A stretch of DNA of 64,000 nucleotides from Octopus vulgaris. Its lineage: Eukaryota. The translations under genes were made by a program, and so were the position numbers. The notes beneath the pieces are model-generated. The model searched no databases and had not been told where the DNA came from. It saw only the letters and a program-made list of their open reading frames with translations. The stretch is taken from contig OX597817.1 in assembly GCA_951406725.2 (NCBI GenBank), forward strand, positions 174,902,001 through 174,966,000, in the 5' to 3' direction. Positions 63,072 to 64,000 of this stretch are shown here, piece after piece. Every line of letters begins with the position of its first letter. Position 1 is the first letter of the stretch.

Positions 63072-63312
63072 TGAGCATGGCCATTACCAGTATTACCTGA
63101 CTGGCCCACATGCCGGTGGCATGTAAAAGCACCCACTACACTCTTGGAGTGTTTGGCGTTAGGAAGGGCATCTAGCTGTAGAAACCTTGCCAAATCAAGA
63201 TTGGAGCCTGGTGCAGCCATCTGGTTTGCCAGTCCTTAGTCAAATCGTCCAACCCATGCTAGCATGGAAAGCGGACGTTAAACAATGATGATGATGATGA
63301 TGATGATGATGA
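63072..63312 (+). mobile_element. SINE-like family C
   Basis: Module, tail and (GAT)n. Confidence 0.88.
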
Positions 63313-64000
63313 TACATACACAAATACATATATGGTTATAGAAACAAAAAAGTTTCAAAAGTTTTCTTTAAGCTTACAGGCAAATAAGGTTGGGCCTTGT
63401 CTGAATTTTCAAGGCATTTAAATAACTGAACAGACAAGGCTTGTCACAGGATCCTAGTCTGTCACAGCAGAAGTCAATAGCAGATCACTGCAGTAAGTTT
63501 TCACTGAAAGATTGTGTACCTTCAGATTTTGACATGGAATTCTGTGGATCACCAATACTTTTAGGCATGGCGCCTGAAGAAGCAGAGATAAATGGAAGGT
63601 GAATTTGCTAAAGCAGGCTATAAATTATGGTTAGATTGGTACTAATTTTCAGTTGAGAAGACTGGATTAATGTGACATGAATTGCCTTATTCAAGGCCAC
63701 AGCAAACCACCTGCCTGAAAATTGACTTTATGACCTAATAATTGCAGGCTCACTAACCCATCCATATACCTTCACTTTCCCAGTAATGAGCTAGTTTATG
63801 TATTTTAACTTGGCATGGTTAGTTCCAGTAACTGAATACGTATTTGTCTAAAATTCATCCTAACAAGCTGTATGTTCCATTGATTTCACCTAATATTAAG
63901 CCTGCCAGCAAAACTTTGATTGAATAAATTTTTCACAGTTTAGCTACTTCTAGTTGGCAACTTCTGATCAACAGCTGTGCAACATGCGTTTGTTTCATGA

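Overview
AT-rich, microsatellite- and SINE-saturated eukaryotic DNA. The repeat landscape resembles a coleoid cephalopod (Octopus-like) genome; this is an inference from repeat motifs, not a database match. No intact host protein-coding gene can be supported, and almost all listed ORFs are microsatellite or SINE artefacts. The window holds many copies of at least five SINE families and fragments of R4/Dong, Tx1/L1, RTE and RTE-X LINEs. It also holds mariner fossils and several TcMar and piggyBac-type MITEs. The most interesting signal is a set of small non-coding elements carrying type I hammerhead ribozymes (HHRs), several of them inserted into (TA)n tracts. One young copy (35783-36420) is a ~480-bp circularly permuted unit with an intact HHR core and a perfect 138-bp inverted arm that starts at the predicted cleavage site. 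A second intact-core HHR lies at 27883-27966. A three-unit ~300-bp tandem array with CpG-decayed HHRs lies at 19090-20750. Together these suggest several retrozyme/Penelope-like circular-RNA element families. There are also repeated short duplications copied from nearby DNA, a chimeric two-family mariner, and a possible RFX X-box promoter with a first exon.
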